From Kiritimatiellia bacterium (GTDB lineage: Bacteria > Verrucomicrobiota > Kiritimatiellia > JAAZAB01): 64,000 nt of DNA. Below the pieces are notes generated by a model. It had not been told where the DNA came from. It did not search any database and saw only the letters and a program-made list of their open reading frames with translations. The stretch lies in assembly GCA_040767085.1 (NCBI GenBank), contig JAXGPF010000014.1, forward strand, positions 32,001-96,000. The letters run 5' to 3'. Shown in pieces: positions 30,399-39,938 of the stretch. Within the stretch, counting starts at the first letter, position 1. Each line of letters opens with the position of its first letter. The translations under genes and the position numbers were made by a program.

Positions 30399-31406
30399 TT
30401 AATCAGAAATTTTCACGCCGGGGATGCCGAGTCCAACCTGGCGGGCCTGGCGGTAAACCGTCTTGCCGCCGGCGCCCCCGCAAACCCGCCATTCGCGGGC
30501 GCGCTCCTGGCCGTCGCCGAATCCGCAGACTTCGGTAGTGGCGCGGATTGCGTCCAAAACCCGCTGGAAAAGTTCCCGGGCAGGCCGGACATCGCCGTAT
30601 TTCAGCCCGATGCGGCGCAGGGTATCGAGGTCTTTTTTTTCATCCCGCAGGCTCATGCTTTTATTGCCGAGGCACAGGTTGGATGGCGCATCATACGCCG
30701 AGCAGGGCGGGCAGATCATGCAGGGGCCCTGGATCAATTCGACGGGAAGCTCCGGGTTGCGCTGTATGGCGGCGATGGCTTCCGCCAGGTTGTCGGCGGG
30801 GATGGGGTCAATTTCCGCGGCCGGTCGGCCGGCATGGAAGCAGACCATGCAGAGCAGATGGTGGGGGCGGATGCGCAGGCGGGCGGCGGCGGCGACAACC
30901 TGGGCGGATTCGCGCTTCACGGCCTGCTTTTCCGATTCGGTGCGCTGCGGCACAATCCGATCCAGACCGGCCGCCAGGCCGCGCTCGTAATTGCCGCTGG
31001 CAGCATACCGGCAGGCCGGCCAGCCGGGCGCTTCCTGGGCGGGGTAAGCGCAGACGCCCAGGCAGGCGGGGATGGCGTCAGGAATGCCGCTGAAGCAGTC
31101 AATCGCCGGCCGGTTGGCGCCGGGGGTCAGGCCCAGCCGCTGCAGGATGGTCAAGTCGCGCAAGTCATTGTAAAGCGGACCTTCGGGAGTGTCGTCCGCG
31201 CGGCCCGGGTTCTGGTAGCGAAATACGGAAGCTGTATTGCACCGCAGGGTCAACGGCAGGGTCGGGTCGGCGCGGACGGCCGCCTGAATCCGGTCCAACT
31301 GCGCTTCCATGAAATACGGTTCAGCCGCCGGATTCTTGCGTCCTTGCCGGCACACCAGGCAAAGCAATTGATATGGGCGGATTTCAAGAGTATTGATTGT
31401 TTGCAT
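30399..31406 (-). CDS. Cys/His-rich protein with two DUF1284-like domains
   Basis: Internal duplication: IRPYQLLCLVC and IRPHHLLCMVC, followed by GPCMICPPC and DLDTLRRIGL. Confidence 0.65.
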   Translation of the reverse strand: MQTINTLEIRPYQLLCLVCRQGRKNPAAEPYFMEAQLDRIQAAVRADPTLPLTLRCNTASVFRYQNPGRADDTPEGPLYNDLRDLTILQRLGLTPGANRPAIDCFSGIPDAIPACLGVCAYPAQEAPGWPACRYAASGNYERGLAAGLDRIVPQRTESEKQAVKRESAQVVAAAARLRIRPHHLLCMVCFHAGRPAAEIDPIPADNLAEAIAAIQRNPELPVELIQGPCMICPPCSAYDAPSNLCLGNKSMSLRDEKKDLDTLRRIGLKYGDVRPARELFQRVLDAIRATTEVCGFGDGQERAREWRVCGGAGGKTVYRQARQVGLGIPGVKISD

Positions 31407-31426
31407 GGTGTTTGGTGTAGCCTCTG

Positions 31427-32443
31427 TCAGCCGCGATCCCGGTAAATCTTGTCGTAATATTCACGATAAGCGCCGCTGCGGATGCGTTCCCACCAGTCGC
31501 GGTTGGCGAGGTACCATTCCACCGTGCGTTTCAGTCCGCCGCGGAAGTCATATTGCGGTTCCCAACCCAGTTCCGCCCGGATTTTGGCGGTGTCCATGGC
31601 ATACCGCCGGTCGTGTCCGGGGCGGTCGGGCACGTGTTTGATCAAGCTGGCGGGTTTGCCGAGCAGGGCCAGGATTTGCTGCACCACTTCCAGGTTGGGC
31701 ACATCGTGCAAACCGCCAAGATTATACACGGCGCCGGTCTGGCCGCGGCGCATGACCAGGTCGACGCCGCGACAATGGTCGGCCACGTAAATCCAGTCCC
31801 GCACTTGCAGGCCGTCACCGTACACCGGCAAAGGCTTGTCTTCCAAGGCGTTAGCGATCATCAGGGGGATGAGTTTCTCCGGGAATTGATACGGCCCGTA
31901 ATTGTTGGAACAGCGGGTGGTGACGGCGTTGAGTTTATGCGAATTAACGGCCGCGCGCACCAGGAAATCGGCGGCAGCCTTGGTGGCGGCGTAAGGATTA
32001 TTGGGCTGGATGGGCGAATTTTCCGTGAATTGGCCCTGGCGGCCCAGGCTGCCGTAAACTTCGTCGGTGGAGACATGCATGAAGCGCGGCACTTTGTATT
32101 GTCGGGCGAAATCCAGCAGGCGCTGCGTGCCGAGGATGTTGGTCCGGATAAAAGCCTCGACACCCAGGTGCAGGCTGCGGTCCACGTGGCTTTCGGCGGC
32201 GAAGTGCGCGATGGCGTCGAACCGCGTGTCCGCCAGCACCGGTTCCAGGTCGGCTGGCTCGGCGATATCGCCCTTGACGAACCGGTAGCGCGGGTTTTTT
32301 TCCAGTGCGCGCAGGCTTTCCAGGTTGCCGGCGTAGGTCAAAAGATCGAAATTAACCACCTGCGCGTCAGGGTCGGAACCCAGCAGGTGATGGATGAAAT
32401 TGCTGCCGATGAAGCCGGCGCCGCCCGTAACCAGGATATGCAT
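31427..32443 (-). CDS. rfbB: dTDP-glucose 4,6-dehydratase
   Basis: LVTGGAGFIGSN, LTYAGNL, AAESHVDRS, VSTDEVYG, NNYGPYQFPEKLIP, DRPGHDRRY. Confidence 0.96.
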   Translation of the reverse strand: MHILVTGGAGFIGSNFIHHLLGSDPDAQVVNFDLLTYAGNLESLRALEKNPRYRFVKGDIAEPADLEPVLADTRFDAIAHFAAESHVDRSLHLGVEAFIRTNILGTQRLLDFARQYKVPRFMHVSTDEVYGSLGRQGQFTENSPIQPNNPYAATKAAADFLVRAAVNSHKLNAVTTRCSNNYGPYQFPEKLIPLMIANALEDKPLPVYGDGLQVRDWIYVADHCRGVDLVMRRGQTGAVYNLGGLHDVPNLEVVQQILALLGKPASLIKHVPDRPGHDRRYAMDTAKIRAELGWEPQYDFRGGLKRTVEWYLANRDWWERIRSGAYREYYDKIYRDRG

Positions 32444-32531
32444 GGAGAAGGAGAAGATTGTGTTAAAAAGCCCGGGTTGTCCGCGGACGTTTACGCCCGC
32501 GGCAACCCGGTTGAAAAAACGCCGGTATGCT

Positions 32532-32912
32532 TTACCGGGTTTCCCAGAGACCGTGGAGGTTGCAGTATTCGCGCACGACCAGGCCCGGCTGCATGGGCAC
32601 ATAAAACTCGGCTTCCGGCTTCTGGCCGGGCGCCAGGTACTTGCGGGTGACGTAATCGCCGTTAATGACTTCAATCCACTGGATATGATGTTCCGGCAGC
32701 ATCGGGTGGGGGACGGAGCCGACGGCGACTTTCACCCCGATTTGACCCATACTGACCACCGGCACATGTTTTTCCTTGCCTTCCTGGGCCGCGGATTTGG
32801 GCTGGAGGAGGTCCATGGGCTTGCCGCAGCAGGTCAATTCCCCGCAATCGGCGTTGCCCAGCACTTCCACGGTTACGCCTGGCCGGCATTGATAGACTTC
32901 GTTCTTCTTCAT
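32532..32912 (-). CDS. dfx: Desulfoferrodoxin / superoxide reductase
   Basis: CCGKPM, EKHVP, HPM..EHHIQWIE, YCNLHGLW. Confidence 0.93.
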   Translation of the reverse strand: MKKNEVYQCRPGVTVEVLGNADCGELTCCGKPMDLLQPKSAAQEGKEKHVPVVSMGQIGVKVAVGSVPHPMLPEHHIQWIEVINGDYVTRKYLAPGQKPEAEFYVPMQPGLVVREYCNLHGLWETR

Positions 32913-33162
32913 TGGCATCCTTTCTGGTTGGAGTTTGCCCGCCGGCGCTCCGCGCCGGCAGCGTATTTAATATACGCGGAGCGGATTATAGCCGCTGTAT
33001 CCGCCAGCGTCAATTGTTTCATGCCGGTAAAATTTATGCGCTTGACACGCCGGTTGGGATATGGAAGCATCCGCCGGTTGACTTTGCGCCGCATCCTGGC
33101 GCATTCCTCCGCTTTTTGGCAGGCAGGCGTTTTCTGTTCAACCAGTGCATGGGAGTCAGGCT

Positions 33163-34326
33163 ATGATAGTGGGAATACCCAAAGAAATCATGAGCGGCGA
33201 AAACCGGGTGGCCGCCATCCCCGAAACCGTGAAAAAAATGACCGCCGATGGATGCAAAATCCTCGTGCAAACCGGCGCGGGCAACGGCGCGTTTTACCAT
33301 GACGAGGATTACGCCGCGGCGGGCGCCAGCCTGGTGGCCGATCCCCAAGCCATCTACGCCCAGGCGGATGTCATCCTGAAGGTCAAGGAGCCGCAATTCA
33401 ACCACACCCTGCAGAAGCATGAAGTGGAGATGATGCATCCGGGCCAGGTGGTCATTACTTTCTTCCATCCGGCGTCGCCGGTGAACCATGCCATGATCAA
33501 GCAGCTCGCCGCCGCGGGTGTGATCGGGTTGACGTTGGACGGCATCCCGCGCATCAGCCGGGCGCAAGCCATGGACGCGCTTTCCTCGATGAGCTCCTGC
33601 GCCGGATACAAGGGCATGCTCATGGCCGCCGACAGCATCGCCAAGTTCATGCCGATGATCGGGTCGGCCGTCGGGATGATCAAGCCGGCCACGGCCCTGG
33701 TGATCGGCGCCGGGGTGGCCGGCCTGCGCGCCATCGCCACCGCCAAGAGCCTGGGCGCGGTGGTGTATGCGGCGGATATCCGGCCGGAAGCCAGCGAGCA
33801 GGCGAAATCGCTGGGCGCGAAAATCGTGGACACTGGCGTGCCGCCCGAAATCGCCGTCAGCCCGGACGGCAAGCATGCCAACAAGCTGGCGGATAGCTGG
33901 CTGGAAACGGAGCGGCGGCAACTGCAGCCAGCCGTGGCGGCGGCGGACATAATTTTCCTTTCCGCGCTGCTGCTGGGCAAGAAGGCGCCGACGCTCCTGA
34001 CGGCCGACATGGTGCGGACGATGCGGCCGGGCAGTTGCATCATGGATATTTCGATTGACCAGGGCGGCAACTGCGAGGCGACGCGGCCCGGCGAAAAGAC
34101 GGTGCTGAACGGAGTCCTGGTGGATGGCTGTAAAAACATTCCCGGCTTGCTCCCGCAAAGCTCCACGTGGATGTTCGCCCATAATATCTACAACCTTTTG
34201 AAATACCTGACCCGGGACGGCGGGATCAAGCTGGACCTGTCGGATGAAATTACGGCTTCGATTTTGATTTGCCGCGACGGCCGCCTGGTGCATGCCGGCG
34301 CCCTGGAAGCCATGGGCTTGAACTAA
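33163..34326 (+). CDS. pntAA: NAD(P) transhydrogenase alpha subunit part 1 (domain I)
   Basis: IVGIPKE...ENRVA, PRISRAQAMDALSS, GAGVAGL, DQGGNCE. Confidence 0.93.
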   Translation: MIVGIPKEIMSGENRVAAIPETVKKMTADGCKILVQTGAGNGAFYHDEDYAAAGASLVADPQAIYAQADVILKVKEPQFNHTLQKHEVEMMHPGQVVITFFHPASPVNHAMIKQLAAAGVIGLTLDGIPRISRAQAMDALSSMSSCAGYKGMLMAADSIAKFMPMIGSAVGMIKPATALVIGAGVAGLRAIATAKSLGAVVYAADIRPEASEQAKSLGAKIVDTGVPPEIAVSPDGKHANKLADSWLETERRQLQPAVAAADIIFLSALLLGKKAPTLLTADMVRTMRPGSCIMDISIDQGGNCEATRPGEKTVLNGVLVDGCKNIPGLLPQSSTWMFAHNIYNLLKYLTRDGGIKLDLSDEITASILICRDGRLVHAGALEAMGLN

Positions 34327-34355
34327 AATTCCGCCACAGAGAAGGGGATCCGGTG

Positions 34356-34664
34356 ATGACGCTGTTGCAATGGATTTTGCTGGGGGTGTTCGCCGCCGCC
34401 ACCATCGCGGGTTACCGCCTGATCAACCAGGTGCCGTCCTTGCTGCATACGCCGCTGATGTCGGGCATGAACGCGCTGTCCGGCGTGACGCTCCTGGGAG
34501 CGTTGCTGGCGGCGGCCATCGCTTTTTCCGGGACGCGCCCGGCGCTGGCCGGCGCCGCCGGCGCCCTGGCGATCATCGTGGCCATGATCAACCTGGTCGG
34601 CGGTTTCTGCGTGACGGACCGGATGCTCAAGATGTTTTCGCGGAAGGAAAGCCATCGTGAATAA
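34356..34664 (+). CDS. pntAB: NAD(P) transhydrogenase alpha subunit part 2 (membrane)
   Basis: LHTPLMSGMNALSG, INLVGGFCVTDRMLKMF. Confidence 0.93.
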   Translation: MTLLQWILLGVFAAATIAGYRLINQVPSLLHTPLMSGMNALSGVTLLGALLAAAIAFSGTRPALAGAAGALAIIVAMINLVGGFCVTDRMLKMFSRKESHRE

Positions 34665-36138
34665 CCCATTCTGGCTGGCCGGCGCGCTGGGCATGACGAT
34701 TCCCGACAATGGCTATTACCTCCTGGCCGCCATTTTGGCCGGCGTGGTGCTTTACGGGATTCACCTGATGAGCCGGGTGCAGACCGCGCGCCTGGGCAAC
34801 CTGCTCAGCGCCGCCGCCATGGCGGCCGGCGTCATCCTCACCCTGGTCAAGTACAACCTGCTGCAGGCCTGGATGCTGTATCCCTGCCTGGCAGTGGGCG
34901 CGGCCCTGGGCCTCCTCCTGGCTTACCGGGTCAAAATGATCGAAATGCCGCAGATGGTGGCATTGTTGAACAGTCTTGGCGGCCTGGCCTCGGCCATCGT
35001 GGGCGGGTACGCCTGGATGGGCATCGGGGCCGCCGGAGACCGTTTCAGCACGCTGGCCGCCGTGCTGGCCCTGGAGGTCGGGGTTCTGACATTTTGCGGC
35101 AGCCTGGTTGCGGCGGGCAAGCTGCACCGCCTGCTGCCGCAAGCGCCGCTGACGCTGCCGCGACACCAGTGGTGGACCGGCACGGCCTGCGCGCTCTGCC
35201 TGCTGCTGGCCCTGGCGCCGCAGTTTGTCGGCTGGCCGGCAGCCGGGCTGCTGGCGGCGGCCGCCGCGGCCGCGGCGGTGTTCGGCGTGGTCTTTACCAT
35301 TAAAATCGGCGGGGCGGATATGCCGATTACGATTTCGCTGCTCAACAGCCTGTCCGGCGTCGCCGGCGCGATTTCCGGCCTGGCCATCGGCGATGTGCTG
35401 CTGGTGGCCGTCGGCGGGATTGTGGGGGCTTCCGGCCTGTTGCTAACCCAGATCATGTGCCGGGCCATGAATCGCCGGCTGTTTGACATCCTGCTGGGCT
35501 CGACGCGCGCGGCCGGTAAGTCCAAACCGGCGCCCGAGTCCGGGCCGGCACCCGGGTCCGGGCTGGCACCCGAGTCCGGGCCGGCGGCGCCCGCTGCCCA
35601 CCCGCCGCCGGCTGCCGCCTCCGATCCGCTGGCAGTGCTGCAGCGCGCCCGGAACGTCATCATCGTCCCGGGTTACGGCATGGCCCTGGCCCAGGCGCAG
35701 CACCTGGTGAAGGAACTGGCGGACCGGCTGCGCGCCGGCGGGGCGCAGGTGCGTTATGCCATCCACCCGGTGGCAGGGCGCATGCCCGGCCACATGAACG
35801 TATTATTGGCGGAAGCCAACGTGGATTACGATGATTTGTTCGAAATGGACGATTTGAATCCGGAGTTTGCCGGGGCGGACCTGGCGATTGCCGTCGGCGC
35901 CAATGACGTGATGAATCCCGCGGCGCGCGCGGCGGAAGGCACGCCGATTTACGGCATGCCGGTGCTGAATGTGGATGCCTGCAAAGAGATCTTCATCTTC
36001 AACTATGACCTGCGGCCGGGTTATGCCGGGGTGGAAAACCCGCTTTACCAGCGCCCCCAGGGCGTGCACTTGTTTTTGGGGAATGCTGCCGAAACTTTGA
36101 AAAAACTGCTGGATGAATACAAGCCCGCCGGGAATTGA
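34657..36138 (+). CDS. pntB: NAD(P) transhydrogenase beta subunit
   Basis: EMPQMVA, IGGADMP, MCRAMNR, PGYGMA, HPVAGRMPGHMNVLLAEA, GANDVMNPAA. Confidence 0.95.
   Translation: MNNPFWLAGALGMTIPDNGYYLLAAILAGVVLYGIHLMSRVQTARLGNLLSAAAMAAGVILTLVKYNLLQAWMLYPCLAVGAALGLLLAYRVKMIEMPQMVALLNSLGGLASAIVGGYAWMGIGAAGDRFSTLAAVLALEVGVLTFCGSLVAAGKLHRLLPQAPLTLPRHQWWTGTACALCLLLALAPQFVGWPAAGLLAAAAAAAAVFGVVFTIKIGGADMPITISLLNSLSGVAGAISGLAIGDVLLVAVGGIVGASGLLLTQIMCRAMNRRLFDILLGSTRAAGKSKPAPESGPAPGSGLAPESGPAAPAAHPPPAAASDPLAVLQRARNVIIVPGYGMALAQAQHLVKELADRLRAGGAQVRYAIHPVAGRMPGHMNVLLAEANVDYDDLFEMDDLNPEFAGADLAIAVGANDVMNPAARAAEGTPIYGMPVLNVDACKEIFIFNYDLRPGYAGVENPLYQRPQGVHLFLGNAAETLKKLLDEYKPAGN
35527..35580 (+). repeat. Three 18-bp in-frame tandem units in the PntB linker
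   Basis: CCGGCGCCCGAGTCCGGG / CCGGCACCCGGGTCCGGG / CTGGCACCCGAGTCCGGG (PAPESG-like). Confidence 0.8.
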
Positions 36139-36201
36139 CCGTTCCGCCTGCGGCGCGGTCATGGCGGCCTGGTCAAGGCGCGCGGTTAATCGGGGGAAAT
36201 C

Positions 36202-36954
36202 ATGAAAGTTGGCGTAGCTGATTACGGGATGAACGTCTGGGATGGCGGATTATTCGATATCGAGGAACGGTTGCTGTCTTTGAAGGCGATCGGATTTGAC
36301 GGCACCGAACGGCTGGCGGCGGTGTCGCCTTCGGATGCCCTGCTCAAGGCCGGGCTGTACCGCCGGCTGGGCATGGATTTCAGCACCTGCCGCGGGCCGG
36401 ACGTCCAAACCAACATCGAGTGGACCGCCGCCCTGGGCAAGGATTACATCTGGATGACGCCCGGGGATACCAGCCGCAAGGTGCCGCTGGATGTTTTCTG
36501 CCGGCGGGCGAAGGCGCTGGCGCGCAGTTGCCGGCGCTGGGGATTGACCGCCGCCATCCACAACCACATGTACCAGCGGATTGAAAGCCAGCAGGAGCTG
36601 GAGGATTTTCTACAGGCCGTGCCGGATGCCGGCATAGTGCTGGATACCGGCCATCTTTCCATGGCCGGCGGCGATCCGGCGGCCATTGTCCGCAAGTACC
36701 ATCAACGCATCGCCGTCATGCACTTGAAGGATGTTTTATTGACCGGGCAGACGCGCGACGATGGCCGGCCGGATTACCGCTTCTGCGAACTGGGCGCCGG
36801 CAATAACGGCTTGGATAACGCGCAGGTATTGCATGCCCTGCGCGAGACGGGCTGGGATGGCTGGCTGCACATCGAGCACGATCACCACCAGCGCGATCCG
36901 CTGGAGGATTTACGGATCAGCCGCGCATTCATCCGCCGCGCCATCGGCGTGTAG
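36202..36954 (+). CDS. Sugar phosphate isomerase/epimerase (xylose-isomerase-like TIM barrel)
   Basis: AIHNH, LDTGH, MHLKD, ELGAG, WLHIEHD. Confidence 0.85.
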   Translation: MKVGVADYGMNVWDGGLFDIEERLLSLKAIGFDGTERLAAVSPSDALLKAGLYRRLGMDFSTCRGPDVQTNIEWTAALGKDYIWMTPGDTSRKVPLDVFCRRAKALARSCRRWGLTAAIHNHMYQRIESQQELEDFLQAVPDAGIVLDTGHLSMAGGDPAAIVRKYHQRIAVMHLKDVLLTGQTRDDGRPDYRFCELGAGNNGLDNAQVLHALRETGWDGWLHIEHDHHQRDPLEDLRISRAFIRRAIGV

Positions 36955-37065
36955 CCGCCCGCCCGCCTCGGCGCCCAAGGGACTGGGCGCCCTACCGATT
37001 AATTGGATGGTAGGGCGTGTAGCCACCCCTCCGCCTCGGCGCCCAAGGGACTGGGCGCCCTACCG
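36946..37065. repeat. REP-like tandem hairpin repeat (two 52-bp units, 68-bp period)
   Basis: CCGCCTCGGCGCCCAAGGGACTGGGCGCCCTACCG twice; hairpin GGCGCCCA/TGGGCGCC; GGTAGGGCG pairs with CGCCCTACC; related copy near 8510-8530. Confidence 0.75.
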
Positions 37066-37110
37066 TTTAGCAGCCCTGCCCCCCCCGTGGCGCATTGCCC
37101 GAATTTAAAG

Positions 37111-37139
37111 TTGATTGTGCCCGCGGATATCGGCATAAT
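37111..37139 (+). promoter_or_regulatory. Probable sigma70 promoter of the degT-uppS-cdsA-dxr operon
   Basis: TTGATT-N17-CATAAT, 45 bp upstream of ATG 37184. Confidence 0.5.
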
Positions 37140-37183
37140 TGCGGGCAGGTCTGATTGAAAACCGGTTTCCCCGAGGTAATTGC

Positions 37184-38329
37184 ATGCAAGTGCCATTGTT
37201 GGATTTGAAGGCGCAGTACCAGGCTTTGCGGGAAGAAATCCGCCGGGCCATGGATGAAGTCTGCGACGCGCAGCAATTCGTGCTGGGCCCCGTGGTCCAG
37301 CGCTTCGAGGAGGAAACCGCCGCGTATTGCGGCGCGCGTTATGCCGTCGGCGTTTCTTCCGGCACGGACGCGCTGCTGGCCGCCTTGATGGCGCTGGGGA
37401 TCGGGCCGGGCGACGCCGTGGTGACCACGCCCTTCACTTTTTTTGCCACGGCCGGCGCCATCGCGCGCGTGGGCGCGCGGCCGGTGTTCGCGGATATTGA
37501 CCCGGTGACGTTCAACCTGGACCCGGCGCAGGCGCGCCGCCTGTTCGAGAATCCGCCGGACTACCTGCGCGGCCGGCGTCCCGCGGCGTTAATACCGGTG
37601 CACTTGTTCGGGCAATGCGCCGACATGGACGCGCTGCTGGCGCTGGCCGGCGAGCATGGCTGCCCGGTCATCGAGGATGCGGCCCAGGCCGTGGGCGCGG
37701 AATATCCCCCGCCGGAGCGCGTCCGGCGCGCGGGCGCCATGGGCGCCATGGGCTGTTTCAGCTTTTTCCCGTCCAAGAATCTCGGCGGTTTCGGCGATGG
37801 CGGGCTGGTGACCACCAACGACGCCCGGCTGGCGGAAACCCTGCGTTCGCTGCGGATGCACGGCGCCGTGGAAACCTATTACCACCGGCAGGTGGGCGGC
37901 AATTTCCGCCTGGATGCCCTGCAGGCCGCGGTGCTGCGCGTCAAACTGCGGCACCTGGATCGGTGGCACGCGGCGCGGCGGGACCATGCCGGGTTTTACA
38001 ATCGCGCTTTCCGCGGCAGTTGTGTGGTGACCCCCGCCGCGGCCTACCCGGACCTGCCGCGCGGGCATATCTATAATCAGTATGTCATCCGCGTGCCGCG
38101 CCGGGACGAGGTGCGGCGGCGGCTGCAGGATGCCGGCGTGGGCAGCGCGGTGTATTATCCCTTGCCGCTGCACCTGCAGGAATGTTTCAGATCGCTGGGC
38201 TACCGGGCCGGCGATTTTCCAGTCAGCGAAAAAGCGGCCGCGGAAGTGCTGGCGCTGCCAGTTTACCCGGAATTGCGCCCCGAGCAGGTGGAATACGTTG
38301 CGCGGGCCGTCCTGGAGGCAGGGCAATGA
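37184..38329 (+). CDS. DegT/DnrJ/EryC1/StrS PLP-dependent sugar aminotransferase
   Basis: SSGTDAL, TPFTFFAT, PVHLFGQ, IEDAAQA, SFFPSKNLGGFGDGG, NFRLDALQAA. Confidence 0.95.
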   Translation: MQVPLLDLKAQYQALREEIRRAMDEVCDAQQFVLGPVVQRFEEETAAYCGARYAVGVSSGTDALLAALMALGIGPGDAVVTTPFTFFATAGAIARVGARPVFADIDPVTFNLDPAQARRLFENPPDYLRGRRPAALIPVHLFGQCADMDALLALAGEHGCPVIEDAAQAVGAEYPPPERVRRAGAMGAMGCFSFFPSKNLGGFGDGGLVTTNDARLAETLRSLRMHGAVETYYHRQVGGNFRLDALQAAVLRVKLRHLDRWHAARRDHAGFYNRAFRGSCVVTPAAAYPDLPRGHIYNQYVIRVPRRDEVRRRLQDAGVGSAVYYPLPLHLQECFRSLGYRAGDFPVSEKAAAEVLALPVYPELRPEQVEYVARAVLEAGQ

Positions 38330-39069
38330 CGTCCCCGGCCGGCATACCCAGGCACGTGGCCGTGATCATGGACGGCAACGGCCGCTGGGCGCAGCAGCGC
38401 GGGCTGTCCCGGCTGGCGGGCCATGCCGAGGGAGTCAAGTCCGTGGAAGCCATGGTCCGCGCCTGCCGGGAAGCCGGCGTGCAATACCTGACCTTGTATG
38501 CCTTCAGCACGGAAAACTGGTCGCGCACCCCCGCCGAGGTCGCCGGCTTGATGCGGCTGCTGGAAAAGTTTCTGCGCTCACACACCGCGGAAATGCACAA
38601 GCACGACATCCGCCTGCGGGTCATCGGCCGGCTGGACGATTTGCCGCTGGCGGTGCGCAACGCCCTGCGCCGCGCCATGCAGGCCACCGCCGGACACACG
38701 GCCGGGCAGTTGATCCTGGCCCTGAGCTACGGCGGCCGCGATGAAATCACCCGCGCCGCGCGCGAGATCGCCCGGCAGGCTGCCGCCGGCGCCATCCGGC
38801 CGGAGGCGGTGGATGAAGCGATGATATCCGCCCATCTCTATGCCCCGGATGTGCCGGACCCCGACTTGCTGATCCGCACCAGCGGGGAGTTGCGGCTGAG
38901 CAATTTCCTGCTCTGGCAACTGTCCTACGCGGAATTATATTTCACCGATGTGTTGTGGCCGGACTTCCGGGAGGCGGAATTCCAGGCGGCGCTCCAGGAA
39001 TACAGCCGGCGGCAGCGGCGTTTCGGCGGCGTGCGGGACGCCGACGCTCAACCGGGAGGCGCCGCATGA
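38326..39069 (+). CDS. uppS: Undecaprenyl diphosphate synthase
   Basis: HVAVIMDGNGRWA, YAFSTENWSR, DLLIRTSGELRLSNFLLWQ, RRFGG. Confidence 0.96.
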   Translation: MTSPAGIPRHVAVIMDGNGRWAQQRGLSRLAGHAEGVKSVEAMVRACREAGVQYLTLYAFSTENWSRTPAEVAGLMRLLEKFLRSHTAEMHKHDIRLRVIGRLDDLPLAVRNALRRAMQATAGHTAGQLILALSYGGRDEITRAAREIARQAAAGAIRPEAVDEAMISAHLYAPDVPDPDLLIRTSGELRLSNFLLWQLSYAELYFTDVLWPDFREAEFQAALQEYSRRQRRFGGVRDADAQPGGAA

Positions 39070-39938
39070 GCCCGGTCCTGCGCAAACGCATCGTCAGCGG
39101 CGTGATCCTGGCCGCGGCCGGGGTGGGCATGCTGTACCTGCCCGGTTGGGCGGTGGGATTTGTCATTCCGCTGATCGTCATCCCGGCCCAGTTGGAGTTT
39201 TACAAGTTTTTGCACCAAGCCGGCATACCGTCCTTCCGCGCCATCGGGCTGGTGTCGGGGGCGTGCCTGGCCGTCGGCGTCTGGCTGGCTTACCTCCTGG
39301 GCGGCGGGGCGGTGGACTGGGAATTCGAAGCCTTGGCGCTGTTTCTGGCGGTGGCAGTGCTATGTACCCGGCAATTGCCCCGGAAAAACGACCCGCAGCC
39401 CCTGATTACCCTTTCCTGCACGCTGTTGGGGATCATGTATGTGCCGTTCCTGTTCACTTTTTTCCTCCGGCTGGCTTATGGATGGGAAACGCCCTCAATC
39501 GAGGCGCCTCTCGGCGAGACCGGCCGCCGGATTTTCATTTACCTGTTGGCCATCGTCAAGCTGACCGATGTCGGGGCCTATTTCATCGGCAGCCGCCTGG
39601 GCCGGCATAAATTGATGCCGCGGATATCCCCGGGTAAAACGGTGGAAGGATTGATCGGCGGATTGGCTGTAGGGCTGGCGGCCAGCCTGATCTGGCACCG
39701 GGTCTGGCAGGGCCAGTTCGGCGTCCTGCGTCTATCCGCCGGCGATGCCTGGCTGCTGGGCTTGCTCCTGCCGGCGGCGGGCGTCATCGGCGACCTGGTG
39801 GAATCGATGTTGAAACGCGCCGCCGGCGCCAAGGATTCCAGCAGTTGCTTCCCCGGCCTGGGCGGCATGCTCGACGTGTTCGACAGCCTGCTGTTTGCGG
39901 CGCCGGTGATGTTTTTCTATTTAAGGTGGTTTGTATGA
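39066..39938 (+). CDS. cdsA: Phosphatidate cytidylyltransferase
   Basis: DVGAYFIG, ISPGKTVEG, GDLVESMLKR...KDS...PGLGGMLD. Confidence 0.95.
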   Translation: MSPVLRKRIVSGVILAAAGVGMLYLPGWAVGFVIPLIVIPAQLEFYKFLHQAGIPSFRAIGLVSGACLAVGVWLAYLLGGGAVDWEFEALALFLAVAVLCTRQLPRKNDPQPLITLSCTLLGIMYVPFLFTFFLRLAYGWETPSIEAPLGETGRRIFIYLLAIVKLTDVGAYFIGSRLGRHKLMPRISPGKTVEGLIGGLAVGLAASLIWHRVWQGQFGVLRLSAGDAWLLGLLLPAAGVIGDLVESMLKRAAGAKDSSSCFPGLGGMLDVFDSLLFAAPVMFFYLRWFV

